Positions 22,128 to 34,100 of a stretch of 34,810 nt of DNA are shown here, piece after piece (within the stretch, counting starts at the first letter, position 1; every line of letters starts with the position of its first letter). The notes under the pieces were generated by a model. The model was not told where the DNA came from, made no database searches, and saw only the letters and a list, made by a program, of their open reading frames with translations. The stretch comes from Catajapyx aquilonaris (Eukaryota): assembly GCA_000934665.2 (NCBI GenBank), contig JYFJ02004356.1, forward strand, positions 1 through 34,810. The letters run 5' to 3'. The position numbers and the translations under genes were made by a program.

Positions 22128-24240
22128 AACACCCCCCGTCTTGATTAGAAGCGGGGTACAAAATGGGGGACACTGCTGTGATGTAAACTACTTGAATCTA
22201 TAGAGGAAGCCGCAGATTAGATCATGTATCCAACACACCGCAAAATTTTTTTTCTCGAATTAGGAGCCATTTCCTCTTGTATGCAGATGTCGCGATTGCA
22301 CGGCCTTATTAATATCCCCCTGATGAGAGAATAATGCAAAGAAAAGTCGCTTATTTATCAAATGTGTTTAAAATAAATAAATAAATATATGAATATGTTG
22401 ATGGATGCAGGTATCGCATCTCGCCTTCCTCTCTTTGCCTATGAAGACAGCCGGCAATGCATATTGGACAAAGAAACAACAGAGTTTTTTCAGATTTCTT
22501 TGGACCGTTTTGGACGACAGCGAGAAGAAATAACACGGTGTTTTTTTTTATTGAGAACTGCTTCCGATTATGTTCAGATCAGAAGGTTTTTTTTGGAGGT
22601 TACAGGAATGGCAGTGGTCGAGTTATAATAAAAACCCAGCAACATATTGTAGGCAAACAATGTACAGTTTAACCAGTAGGCCGCCTTAGGAGTGATTATT
22701 ATATACATAAAAATATATATACATACATACGTGTCTTTCATCTTTATTCCTTGCAAAAAACCATAAATGAAAGAAGTAAAAGGACGGGAAAATGCTGCAT
22801 GTTTGTTCGATGATTAGCGGAGAAACTAAGGAAATTCGCGGATCAAACGTTTGCAAATTTTTGGGGGAAAAAAGCCATATTTCTTCACTCCACATCCGAG
22901 TTTGAGCCGCAATTTTCTGAACTTTCCTCGTTACATAAGTCTTCGGCGCATGCACACCGTTCATTTAGTGTTAATAATTTTTTTTAAACGTTTGTTTTTA
23001 TGGGGCAGTGCCATGTGTTTACAATATATTTATCCACACTAGCCCGTTATATCTGCGAGCGTAGTCCAGTAGATGCTTGCAGGCATTATAAATATTAAGA
23101 ATACAAAAATATATATATAAAAGGTAACTTGCTTACTGCATAGCCAAAGTGGAGTATACCTCAAACCGTTTACAAACTATAATAATTAATCAGTCGGTGT
23201 TTATATATAGTAAACAGAGCAAAAAACCTTGCAATATTTCTGACCAACGTCCACACACGGCCCTTTTCACCCCTTTCAAATCACCTGAAAACTCACCTTT
23301 CATCCCAGGGCTTCCCAATTCTCAAGGGGGTAGTTTTAGGGGCGACTTCGAAAATTTAAACAAAAAAAATGAAGTGAGTTTTGATATATTTAAAAAAAAG
23401 AGAGCGAGAGAGAGAAGAAAAATAAGGGAGAAAATAAATACGGCAGATCACGCAGGCAATATATTGATGGCTTTATGTTTACTACGTTGCAAAGCTCGGA
23501 ATTGAACTACAAATCGTGCTAACTCTTTGCAAACATTGGAAGTTATTCGTGCGTGTTAACAGTGTCATTGTAAAATCGTTGTCATTTATAATAATAGCGG
23601 GAGAAAAATATGGCGGTGCTTGAAAATTTGTAGTTCCCTACCACAAGATATATCTATATAACTTATATAAAAACAATTGGCTGTTGTTACACTCTATAAT
23701 ATAGTATTCTATGTTTGTCAAAATATAACTCTATGTGGCTGTTATCTGAGGTATAGAAAAGCGAACGGGATATTTCTTTTGTAAAAAAAAATAGTGTGAC
23801 GTATTTACATTCAGTATTGTCCACGTGTACTTGTTCTCTTTTTCAAATGATTGTAGTGGTGTAAACTTTATCTTTCTGTAGAAATGTGATGAGAGTATTC
23901 TAGATCTCTTTCCCCCCCATAAAAATGCAAAGAGCACAAAATGAACACGTTTGTATCATAATTCACCGTACATTGTGGTTGTTCAGACTAGAGCAATTAG
24001 ATGCGTACATGATAAGCAATTTAGAGGAGTCCGTAAGTGCTTAGATCCAGCGTTTGTATAATGCAGGCTGGTAGAAGAAAAAAAATTGTCCTATTATTTC
24101 TATATCTTTGAGCGAGAATGATTAAGAAAATCATAATAAATATATACATAAATAAATATATATTTAACCCATCCACCTTTTTCTTCCAAGCTAGCCGTAG
24201 ACATTTTTATGTACCAAGTTGGCTTCTACTGTAATAAATC
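22128..24240 (+). other. Probable 3' UTR of the Ly6/LU gene, with candidate poly(A) signals
   Basis: AT-rich stretch after the stop codon. AATAAA at 22372/22376/22380 (overlapping), 24135, 24151 and 24233. The true end cannot be fixed from sequence alone. Confidence 0.4.
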
Positions 24241-27200
24241 ATCACTAGAGCAATCAAGTTTTCTATATTTCAGAATCATGCTTTCATCAAACCCAAGCAA
24301 TATTATTGCGACAACTTTTTTTCCAATATTAATTTAAGCGGGTTTTCATTTTTCTCTACATTAAATATTTCATTCGGCGACATAATCGATTTGATTAAAT
24401 ATTTTTATTGAAATTAACGCATTTTGTCATGAATTTAACAATGCGGTTGAGAGAAAAAAAATACATTAAAAATCGTGAGAATTGTTCAAATTGAGCACGA
24501 ATGAAGTCGATAATGATGATGTACGTCCTTTAATTAGCGCTTGGTGCTGATGATCGCATTTCTCTCCTTTTGCCAGCTCCATTATCCAGCCCCGAATTCG
24601 GACACCGCAAAATGTAGGTCTAGCTGCTGCAAAATGTGTGTAAAGAGAGTCGAAGGGGGGGGGGGNGGGGGGCGGTTTCGTGAATATAAGGACCTTGATG
24701 GCGCAACCTACATAACCCGATATGAGTAGGGTTTTCGATAAGCCAAAAGCCACGCAGGGGTCGAGCCCCACTGTAATAGTCACACGTAGTGTAGCGTGTC
24801 AAACTCAACTTTCTAGAAAATCGCTGCCAGGTAAAATGAGAGATTAGGATTTGCCGTTGTTAAAACCACTTTTCGGCTCTAGCTATACAGTACACTGGTT
24901 GGATTTACGGCCTCTGAATTATTAAAGAATAAATTGTCTGATCCGATCTCATGTTTAGACACTCGTTGTCGCATGATCCTCCTCGACAGCTATTTATCAC
25001 CAAATTAACCGACGCTTTTTTTTTTTTGAAGAGTCGATGCCATTCTTCATAATATCCGGAACCTGTCAGGTTATCGGTTTCCGAAGCGGACAGGTTTAAA
25101 GCTTATCTGGACCAGCATAGGATGGGACTTGCTTTCATATTTTTGGCGAGTCCAAAGATGCGGCGGAATTAATTTGTGCAAAAAAAAAACACAGCCTTTT
25201 AGCATAGCCATTCGATACTTTCAGAAAGCTGAGCTACAAAAAAGTGGTCTTCTGTTTTTTCCAGCTTTTTTATATCCGAGTTTGTGCAGCGACTCGTTGT
25301 GAAAACAAGCCTCCATCTGTCTCTCGGGGCCTCCCTTTTCTTCAAGTGAAATCATTCATTATCCGCTTTCAACTTCGGGGTCCTGATGACTTGGTAACTG
25401 GAGATGGAACCCAGCACTAAGTGGCACAGCGAAGAGAAAAATTCATCATTCTTTTTTTCCTTTCTTCATCCTGGACGAAAATCCCCCCCCCCCCCCCNAG
25501 TTTCGGGGACGCCACAAATGATATCGGCTGACAAAACTAATATTTGGAAAGCGCCGAAAGTTTGGATACAATCATGGTGAGTCATAAAACATTCCCATTA
25601 TACTGATTAAGATGTATTTTATTAATCGGAAGGCCAAATGAATTTGTGAGATTAAATTCTTACTTAAAGTGCATAAATTTTAATGGCAGAGTAATTCATC
25701 TGGAAACACCTGCTCTCTTTAAACTTCATGCCAAATTTCAACTTCGCTTTCAAACATTTTTTTTTGCAGCATTGGAAAGCAGGCGCGAAAAAGTTGAACA
25801 TTTTCATGAACTATGAATTTCCCTGTGCATATATACAGTATAGAGAGTGAGAGTTAAAAGTTGCCCCCCGGTTTTGCGCCAAAGTGGGGTTTTCCTCTCG
25901 AGCTAGCCCCCGAATTACGCACATTCAAATTTCATCTCTTAAACGCCCTTGTTTTCACTACCCTCCGGACTCATATACAAGTAATTAGCATTCATTGCGT
26001 ATTTAACGTGTATGGGGGCAATGTTTACGTCCAGGCCTCGTTCTATTAACATTTCTCGACCCTACCCTTGTTTATCGGCCCATTGGAAAAATACTACCAC
26101 CTAGCTGCCACACTTTGCGGTTTGAAAAAAAAGTTGATATAATGCTCATGGTTATAATTAACAAGTACCGGTTTTCTCCTAGGCTTTAACCAAAAATATT
26201 CTTGCGCTTACGGGCTGCCACCACCGCATTAATCACTCACGACCGCCAAAAAAAAATACCCCCTTCAAAACAGGCCGGAGTCGAACATTAACCTTTAAAT
26301 TAATTTACGCGCAAAAAGTGCACACCCCTGGAGGGAATTACTCTCGAAGCCGAGGCTGCACCTAGAAAACACATCCCGATCAAAAAGGCAGCCCCTTTGT
26401 TGCCTGCAATTAACTGGGACGCCGTGTAATTTTTGCTCACTTTGCTTTTTTCCAACAAGGATGTGAAGCATCATCAGCTGTGAACCGATTGGTTGACAAA
26501 ATAATTCAATTTAAGGTAGCATGCACTGAAGCGCAATAAATTCCAATTGCGCGGATTTTTCCCCCCTGCAAATAGCTTCTTGTGTTGGGAAAGGTGTGCA
26601 GACATGCCATTTACATGAGGATTGATGCGGCGGTTTGCAACCTCTGCTCCGCAAAAGATCAGGAGTAAATCCCCTCCACGGGGGCACGGTGAATCCCGGT
26701 TTCCGATTGGCATCTGCTCCGTCTCTCTCTCTTCTCCTTTACTCCTTACCATGTAATCCATCTCGTGGTTTTCCAGCCCTTCCCCAAATATCCCCCATTG
26801 AAGCTGATGGGACGTGCGTTTAATCCTTCCCCAACCAACGGTGCAAGGCCCACAGGTAACAACTCTGGTCGACAAACAGATTGAACCATCACACCTGGAG
26901 GAAGTATGCCCGAAATGTGTGTCCCAAACCTGCATTTTAACTAAAGTGGCCCGCTTTTCGTCCTGTGTGTGTATGCCCTTTTTTTTCTAGGTGGTTAGAA
27001 GGGCAATGGAGCCTAGCCCTGGCACTCTTTTCTGGCCATAATGGGACCTGGAAGAGGATTAAAATCAGAGTTCCACGCGATCGTAAATCAGGGACCGGAA
27101 TCGATACAGTGGAAGGTGCGTAGGAGGAAGTTGGACGACTCTTCACCACGCCTACACCTTCTGTTTTTCAAACATGCTTTTCCGGATAGGTTCGTGCTGT

Positions 27201-28242
27201 TGCTTCTAACCTAACTGCGACCCTCTTTTTTTCTGCAGGTCAAATATCGACTTTGGTTTCATAATGACCAGTGGAAAATTTTGCCCCTGGTCTGCAGGCA
27301 ACCTGGTGGTTAATTGAGCATGTTGGGTTGCATACTCGACAGGATGTAAGACTAGAAAAACCCTCGCTTCCTTCTCGCTTTTTTCTAGGCCTGCGGAATA
27401 CGGTGGCGGAGTCCATATCGCTTCATCGTGGGGGGCACTGGTTGAGGTGGGAAGAGTGCGAACGAATGAATAGTTACTCCTCCCACCCACCAGAGGCGCT
27501 ATGTCCACCCACTGCGCATGCGTAGAAGGCGAGCCAATCGGAAGCGTCGCAGTAACAATATGCGGATGTCCAATCAGAAGGGGTATACATACAATGCCCA
27601 CTACGATTTTAATATTATAGGTTGACAATAAGTTCTGAAGGCTTTAGCCAGATACTCTGGCAGGTACAAGCAAGAAGATATCTCCGAAGAGACAATGCAC
27701 AAACACACAGTTTGTCCTCCTCGTTTGCCTAAAATTAGAGTCCCCAATCGATGGTGCTCGCGTGGAAACAACCCGCCAGGATCAACTTATTTCCTCCCGA
27801 TCTTTGCGGAAGAGTAATCAGTGGCGTATGATCAAATAACTTTGTGCTTCGCATCGATTTGCCAGGCCGAGGATTAAATAACTGGGGTGGAGGGGTGTGG
27901 GAAAAGGCATTGAACTTTCCTCCCCAGTACCACAAAACTTTCATGCACTCTCTAAATTAGCGAATAATGACTCGCTTTTGCAAATAAAAAACACACATGG
28001 ATTCGGACCAAAATGCTTTTGCATTATGAAATCCATCGGTCAGCAGCTGCTTCTTTCAAGGCAGAAAAAAAGCGGAGAAAATAAAGAAATGGAAGGAAAA
28101 AAAAAATCTTAGAGGGAAATGGAAGCCATGTAGTTTGGATCCGAAGCGGAAATCTTTCTAGAGCTGAGCAAGCTTCAACTCCGGAATAATATTCTCGCTG
28201 CTCTGAAGCTACGGCTCCGCTTCTTCATCATGGATTTTTTTT

Positions 28243-28260
28243 CTCTCTCTCTCTCTCTCT
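28243..28260. repeat. (CT)9 microsatellite
   Basis: ctctctctctctctctct. Confidence 0.9.
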
Positions 28261-28322
28261 TCCTTCGAGTCAAACCGTCCCTTCTCAAAAGCCTGACAGT
28301 TATTTAAAGGCTCTACACTTCA

Positions 28323-28645
28323 CAGTATGGGCGGGGAACACTATATTTTACACTAATACTGATCGCTGCTTTTTTCTGGGATTTTTAATTATACATTTTA
28401 CATGTTAGCGACATGACCTGTTTGCCATAAGGGTCACTGGAACAGGCTGATTACCTCATTGACCCTGATCATGCCAGACCCGCCACTCTTTTTATTATTA
28501 TTGGGAAAATGCGGTCGGGTTACACGAATGGCCCAGTCGACGTCCGGACCACTTCACGCGCGACTAAAAAAAAGAGGGTTACAACCTGTTGACATTTTAG
28601 CCAGAAGTCGTTATCCTTGGCCCGAATATTTGGGGATATATTACA
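28323..28645 (+). pseudogene. Decayed Tc1-like transposase catalytic-domain remnant
   Basis: QYGRGTL (resembles KHGGGSV), FWDF, GSLEQADY, ENAVGLH (resembles DNAxxH), AQST, LKKRGLQPVDILARS (resembles LxxxGIxVLDWPARS) and NIWGYI (resembles ENxWGxI), in the correct order with stops and frameshifts. Confidence 0.55.
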
Positions 28646-29916
28646 TGTCCATCGTAGCCATAAGAAAGCAATTACTTGGCTCCAGGTGAAATATTACGCA
28701 GGTAGTGAGTCTTGACAAGCGCAAATTAAGTACATGTCTTACGCAATTTTGTAACAGGGCGGTAACGCTATAAATATTTTAACACTTTTAAGCAAAAAAA
28801 TGAATCTTCTCTCTCCCCCGGACGTAGTTTGTTCAGGACAGTGACCTCGAAAGAGTGAGCCCATTTCATCCTGGATTAGTATGCAACCTAGGCGTCTCTT
28901 TTGCTCCGCCGCATCCTCCCTAGGATAAGATTGGATTGCCCAGATCCCCAGCTTAAATGGGAAGTGACCATCAGTCGAATATGCCGACTGCCCAACTAAC
29001 CCTAAGCACACTGCAGGTCGCTCAAATAGGAAATGAAATGAGCTGACCTTACTGGCTGGACGTGACAGCACGGGAGGAGGTCACAAAAAAAAAACCTTTG
29101 GAAATGTGATCCTTTTCTTGCAAACGCAGCCTAGTGCATGATTGGATGTCCCCTGGAGGAAACAAACTGACCTCGAGTGACCTCGAAAAGCCATAAATTA
29201 CGTTCCAAGGTTATCCCCAATCAGGACGGACATGCACGCGATTACTTTCGTTATCGTATTTTCCTAGTACAGTCTGTTCCAAAAGGGCTGATATGTCCAG
29301 TTTTGTTTTACTCTGGGTTTTGGACGCCACCAGTTCTCTCCGGGGTTAGAGAACGAGTCGGAGGGTAAATATTGCCCGAGACGAAAATAAACACGAGTCC
29401 TCCACCCGGACCAGTTGGTTCCGGAACAAGCGTTTCCCTGGTGATGTAGTGTAGCGCGTCCGGGACAAGGAAACCGATCAAACTGTCTCCAAACTTTCTC
29501 TCAACTCGACGCGCGTGCAAAGGCTTCAAGTTTTAACTACAGCTCTCTCTATATACGTGTGCGGTTCTATTTCAGTGTGGAAAATAGACCGGATTCTTCC
29601 GGATAAAGTCACACTGTTCCCAAACCCTCCCCGGATTTAAGTGCGTGTCTGCCAGTTTTACAAGGGCAATTCCGTAAAACTGGCCTAATCCCCTGGTTTT
29701 TATGTCGCCTTGCCACACGACTCAATCTGGCTCTGGTGGTGGAAAAAAAATGGACAGGAAAGAAAAATAGGACGGCCATTAATAACAGAGACAGTTTCGA
29801 CAAAAGTGTCCCACTTTATTATTCCGGTGACTCGTAGGAGGGTCTCTTTTATGCCTGCTGATTAATAGCAATATTTAGATCGGACTGGAAAACATACAGT
29901 GTGATTTGATTGAAAT

Positions 29917-30326
29917 GTAAGTTTCAGCTGGGAATATTTGCGCGCACTATTACCCTAACTTAACGTAATATAGTCTAACCCGGCCTAGCCTACCCCTAAC
30001 CTAGCTTAACCCGGCTTATCCTAACCTACCCTACCCTATCACTCCTAACCTAACGTAACTTATGTTAGAGCTTAGCCTAACCCGGCATGCCCTAGCTACC
30101 GGTTAGGATAAGTTAGGTTAGGTTAGGATATAGGATAGGTTAGGATAGGTTAGGTTAGGTTAGGATATAGGATAGGTTAGGATAGGTTAGGTTAGGTTAG
30201 GATAAGTTCGGGCCTAACATATATCCAAAGCTAATCTAGCTTAACCCCGCCTATCCTAACCTATCCTAACCTAACATTACGGCTCATATTTTTCAAGTGC
30301 GCTTAAAATTAACAGCTTGAAATTAC
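29917..30326. mobile_element. Degenerate TIR-bounded element filled with telomere-like CCTAA/TTAGG repeats
   Basis: Left end gtaagtttcagctgggaatatttgcgcgcact (29917-29948). Reverse complement of the right end is gtaatttcaagctgttaattttaagcgcact (30296-30326). The interior is degenerate CCTAA, then TTAGG, then CCTAA. Confidence 0.55.
29951..30275. repeat. Degenerate (TTAGG)n/(CCTAA)n array with two orientation switches, including a 37-bp unit repeated 2.5 times (30112-30204)
   Basis: CCTAA-like at about 29951-30100, TTAGG/ATAGG at 30101-30204, and CCTAA/CCTAT at about 30213-30275. The unit gttaggttaggttaggatataggataggttaggatag starts at 30112 and 30149, with a partial copy at 30186. Confidence 0.9.
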
Positions 30327-30860
30327 CCTAGGCAATAGTGATAACTGAACGTTCTGTATGGGTTAAATGTAATTTTTTTAAATACAGAAGGTAGTGCACA
30401 ATACGGGTGATTTTTGCGGCAGGTCCGGTCCTAAACCTCTGGCAGTGGTAATCTGTGCCTTTGGGGTCGGTGCCGGCAGCTGCTGAATAATTGGGGTGGG
30501 AACAGCTGTTGCTTTTCGTTGGGTGAGTGGGTGGGTGGGATGGGGTGGTGTAGGAGGATGCCACACCACATCGCACCCCAGGGCGTAAAGCCGGATAAAT
30601 TGCAATTATTTCCGGACCAATCCCGGAGATAGGGTTTGAGGCCTGGGGATGTGCAAGACTCTCAACCCCCACACTGAATCCTGCTCTTTTCGACCCTTCC
30701 CGGTCAAAAAGTCAACATGTCATGAACTATAATAATAAAATATTCGACCCATCCTATCAGATAGCGGTTAATCCTAGTTAACATATGCGTGTGTAGTTGC
30801 CATAGAGCACAACTATAGAACCGGACCGATATTGGCAGGTTGTGCCAGTGCAGAACTTCC

Positions 30861-31148
30861 CAGGACTGTGATACAATAACACGCCGGTGTTTACATTGCG
30901 ACCTGGCACCATCAGACTTTGAGTTCACACGAGGAACTCAGGCAGAGCATGACAACACTTCACCAGCCTGTTCAAACCTTGTTCAAAAACCAATCGTCGA
31001 ATTTTTTCCCGGAGAACAAACGACTCTAGGCATGTATACAGTACATGCAATACAATCGATGATGGATGCAGCGTATGTTGTACAGGGAATTCTATTCAAG
31101 TATAAAGTTCTTGTTTCAACATGGGAGATGACTAAAACTTGTGTGCTT
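30861..31148 (+). pseudogene. Decayed mariner transposase C-terminal half
   Basis: Single frame reading QDCDTITRRCLHC-DLAPSDF (30900-30920; resembles LGWxxLPHPPYSP-DLAPSDF), then VQKPIVEFF, then QGI..KVLVSTWE..KTCV (resembles GIxKLVxRWxKCV). Confidence 0.6.
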
Positions 31149-34100
31149 AAGCCCATACATCACTGTTTCACTTTACGCGCCCCTGCTTAAGATTTATCCT
31201 CCTGTCCGTTATGAGCAAAATGCTAATGAGGTAGACTCCTTAGCAATCTCGCCAGATCATCAGTTATAAATACTCGCTTTCCTCCAGAATTAACAAACTT
31301 TCGCCCAACTTCCTAACGACCAAGAAATAAATCCGACTTGGCAGCACCTTTCTCCACCATTATTTTTTAGTGGCCGTATTCAAATTAAATGGAAAAAAAA
31401 TTAATTTTCGACCACATTTCTGGTTATCAATCGGTAACAAGCTCCCATTTTTCGTACAAAAAAAATTCGCGAACATGCGACCATTTGGGCCATTGCTGGT
31501 TTTTGCGGATGCCCGTCACGAATTTGTGCACATGGAATGGAAAACACATTCAATTAGACCCCGTCGACGTGATCTCGCAACGTGCCAAGGCTTATGCGTG
31601 ATTTATGATCGCATGCCATTATTCCCAGGCATGCTGGATTCAAATCAGGGGCTAGTACTTGGCCTGCAATTGGGATCTATAATGTAACTCGCGGATATGG
31701 CAACCTCTGCATTTATTTGAGGTCAATGTAATGACACCGCGCCCGTTTGCAAAAAAAAAAAATGCAGTACATACACACACATCCAGACTTGTTTACATCA
31801 AAATTTTAGCTAGAGTTATGCTCTAATTATTCCGGGTTATATGGATATTTTTTTGCGGCTGGGCAGGGGGAAATCGTTTGGCCAGCAGTTGCGTGGTTTT
31901 AATATCATGTATGAAAACACATCAAGTCCTGATAATGTGAGTTTCATCAGATTAACTCCCGGCGTTTTAATTCGGAGGGTAATTTTTTTTGCAAATTTTT
32001 TAAAAACGTAATCAGAGTTGCGGTTTGATTCTATTGACTGCTCGGATGTGTAATATACACGCTGTCGAAACATTGCGGTTTTTCTGACTCATTGCCAAGG
32101 TCATGTTGGTAAAAAAAAATCCCAATGAGACATCAGGTGCCAATCACGCGAAATTTCGATTTTCGTGTTGTGATTTTAACGGGAAAAACCCTGCAAAAAA
32201 AAACTCGAGATGCTCTCAGAAAACTTCGCATTTTACTCGAGAAAGCAATTAAAAAATTACGGGGCTTCCGCCCTTCTCTCTTAGCTCTGCAAAAGATTTC
32301 CTGCAGAATTTGGCAAAACGGAGAGCCTTTGCATAAATTATAACCGGCGAGAACAAAATTTCGCTTCCACTTAGCTTCCACCCAAGTACTTGCAGCAAAC
32401 GCGCGCAAAAAAAAAAATCGCGAGAGAAGCGCCGCTGATAAAACTAAAGTTGAGGTACCCCCGGCTTTTGCTAATTTCTTCCCAAATTTGTGCAAATTAC
32501 CCCCCGATTTCCTGACCTCTAATAATGCGGAACGATTGGAACCCGCCATTTGATCTTGTGCGAATCGAATGATGACGTCAGCCTCCCCCCCCCCCAAAAA
32601 AAAAAGTCTATTATGCGGTAGTTAAATTACCACCCACCCTGAAAAGTAAGTTAATTAGTTCATTACACGAGTTAGATGACAGGTAACAAATTCAAAGTCG
32701 CGAGAATTTCTGCAGGAAACTCTCAAGACTGGGTAATATCACCTGTCACCAACAATGCTTGTCATACCGGGTATGAAATATGCATTGTATTCATAAAAGC
32801 GTGCTGACTTTTAACTGTGAAAAAATGAAACAGCCCCGATTTTTCCGGTTCGAGTCCATTTTAATTTAAATCACCTTTATGAAGTGCATTTCCAGGAGGA
32901 AATTTTCCAGGTGGTTGGTGCAACTATTGGGAAAATTTCAGACACGTAATATTCTCCTCCCCCGGGGAGGCTCCGAATTTAATATGAATACTATGCAAAA
33001 TGACATAATGGAAGATAACGACACGAGCTTCTGAGTCGTCGGTGGTCTTTTCCATTCCTGGCCTCTTTTTGGCGGCCACCCATCCGGAAGTTGGAACCCG
33101 GGGACAGCGATTGATGACCGTCAGAGAGAAAATCCGGGGGGAAACCTCCGGACTCCTCTAATGAACACCTCCGGGGCACCAATCACGCCCTGGACCAATT
33201 TGCCAATTTTTTTTCACCCCCCGCTCACTCTCTCACATTTTACCCCCTAAGGGCAGTGCGAAAAAAAAGGTGCTGTAGAAATTTTACAATTCATGTCACA
33301 CGCTCAATATCGCGAAAAAAAATGAAGCCGCAAAAATTCGTCTAAACTTACAAATTGCATTTGAAAGCTATCGATGCGATTTATTTTTCTTCAAAATTAA
33401 CGGTGGGAAAATGAATGTCGTGTGACCCACCAATCGGTCTATAAATCGCTCAAATTAACCGCGCCAAATACGTCCGACACTTCTGTTTTAACCTCAAGTG
33501 ATTTGGAGCGCAATTCGCAACTCGCAGTCATCCATAAAATCCTCGTAACCGAACTTTACGGCGCGAAAAGACGACCCTACTTGACAGTTTGCCTGTGGAA
33601 TCAAGTTCAGCTCAAGGCGGAGTGATGGAGTCGACCTAAAAGGGGTTTGCCATTTACGAAGAAAAAAACGTAGGTTTTTTCGCAAAAAAAAAAATCGGCT
33701 ATTAAGCTTTTACAATGCGGTTCCGGAAATAAAACGGTGCAACGAGCTGGGTTGCGGTTACGGAAACGATCGTGTAACTGTTTCGGCCCAAATTTTTTGC
33801 CAAGATTCCCAAGATTTGCAATCGGGACGCTTCTTAACATCTAATCGCGCTAGTTACTAACTTGTACGCTAGTCTCCGGCCCTAATTAGCACAATCAGAA
33901 GGATTAGCACATTTCGACTCGCTCGTTATTCCAAATTACAAAAACCAACACGCTGAAAGCTCCGGCTCTAATCGTTACTCCCTAATTAAATAATTTTAAT
34001 GTGAAGGCTCAGCGATGCTTGACTCGACCTGACTAAGTCGAACAGGACGTGAGGGAAATGAAGCTCAGCTCTTAGTATTTTGCACCTCCGGAAAAAATTT

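Noticed and set aside
24541..24729. Hydrophobic, Cys-containing ORF resembling a secreted peptide
   Set aside because: No LU spacing, it runs through a poly-G/N tract, and there is no splice support.
24695..24775. tRNA-like T-arm (ggggtcgagcccc)
   Set aside because: No cloverleaf, acceptor stem or A-box could be built.
288..26512. P3/RCSI-like homeodomain palindromes TAATYNRATTN (288, 2611, 3124, 13329, 21085, 26502)
   Set aside because: A rough estimate gives about three by chance in AT-rich DNA of this length, so six scattered sites are not convincing.
26474..27628. Longer minus-strand ORFs (153 aa and 140 aa)
   Set aside because: No recognisable family motifs or exon structure.
32133..32597. 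154-aa minus-strand ORF
   Set aside because: Composition is driven by A/T homopolymers (K/F-rich) and there is no recognisable domain.
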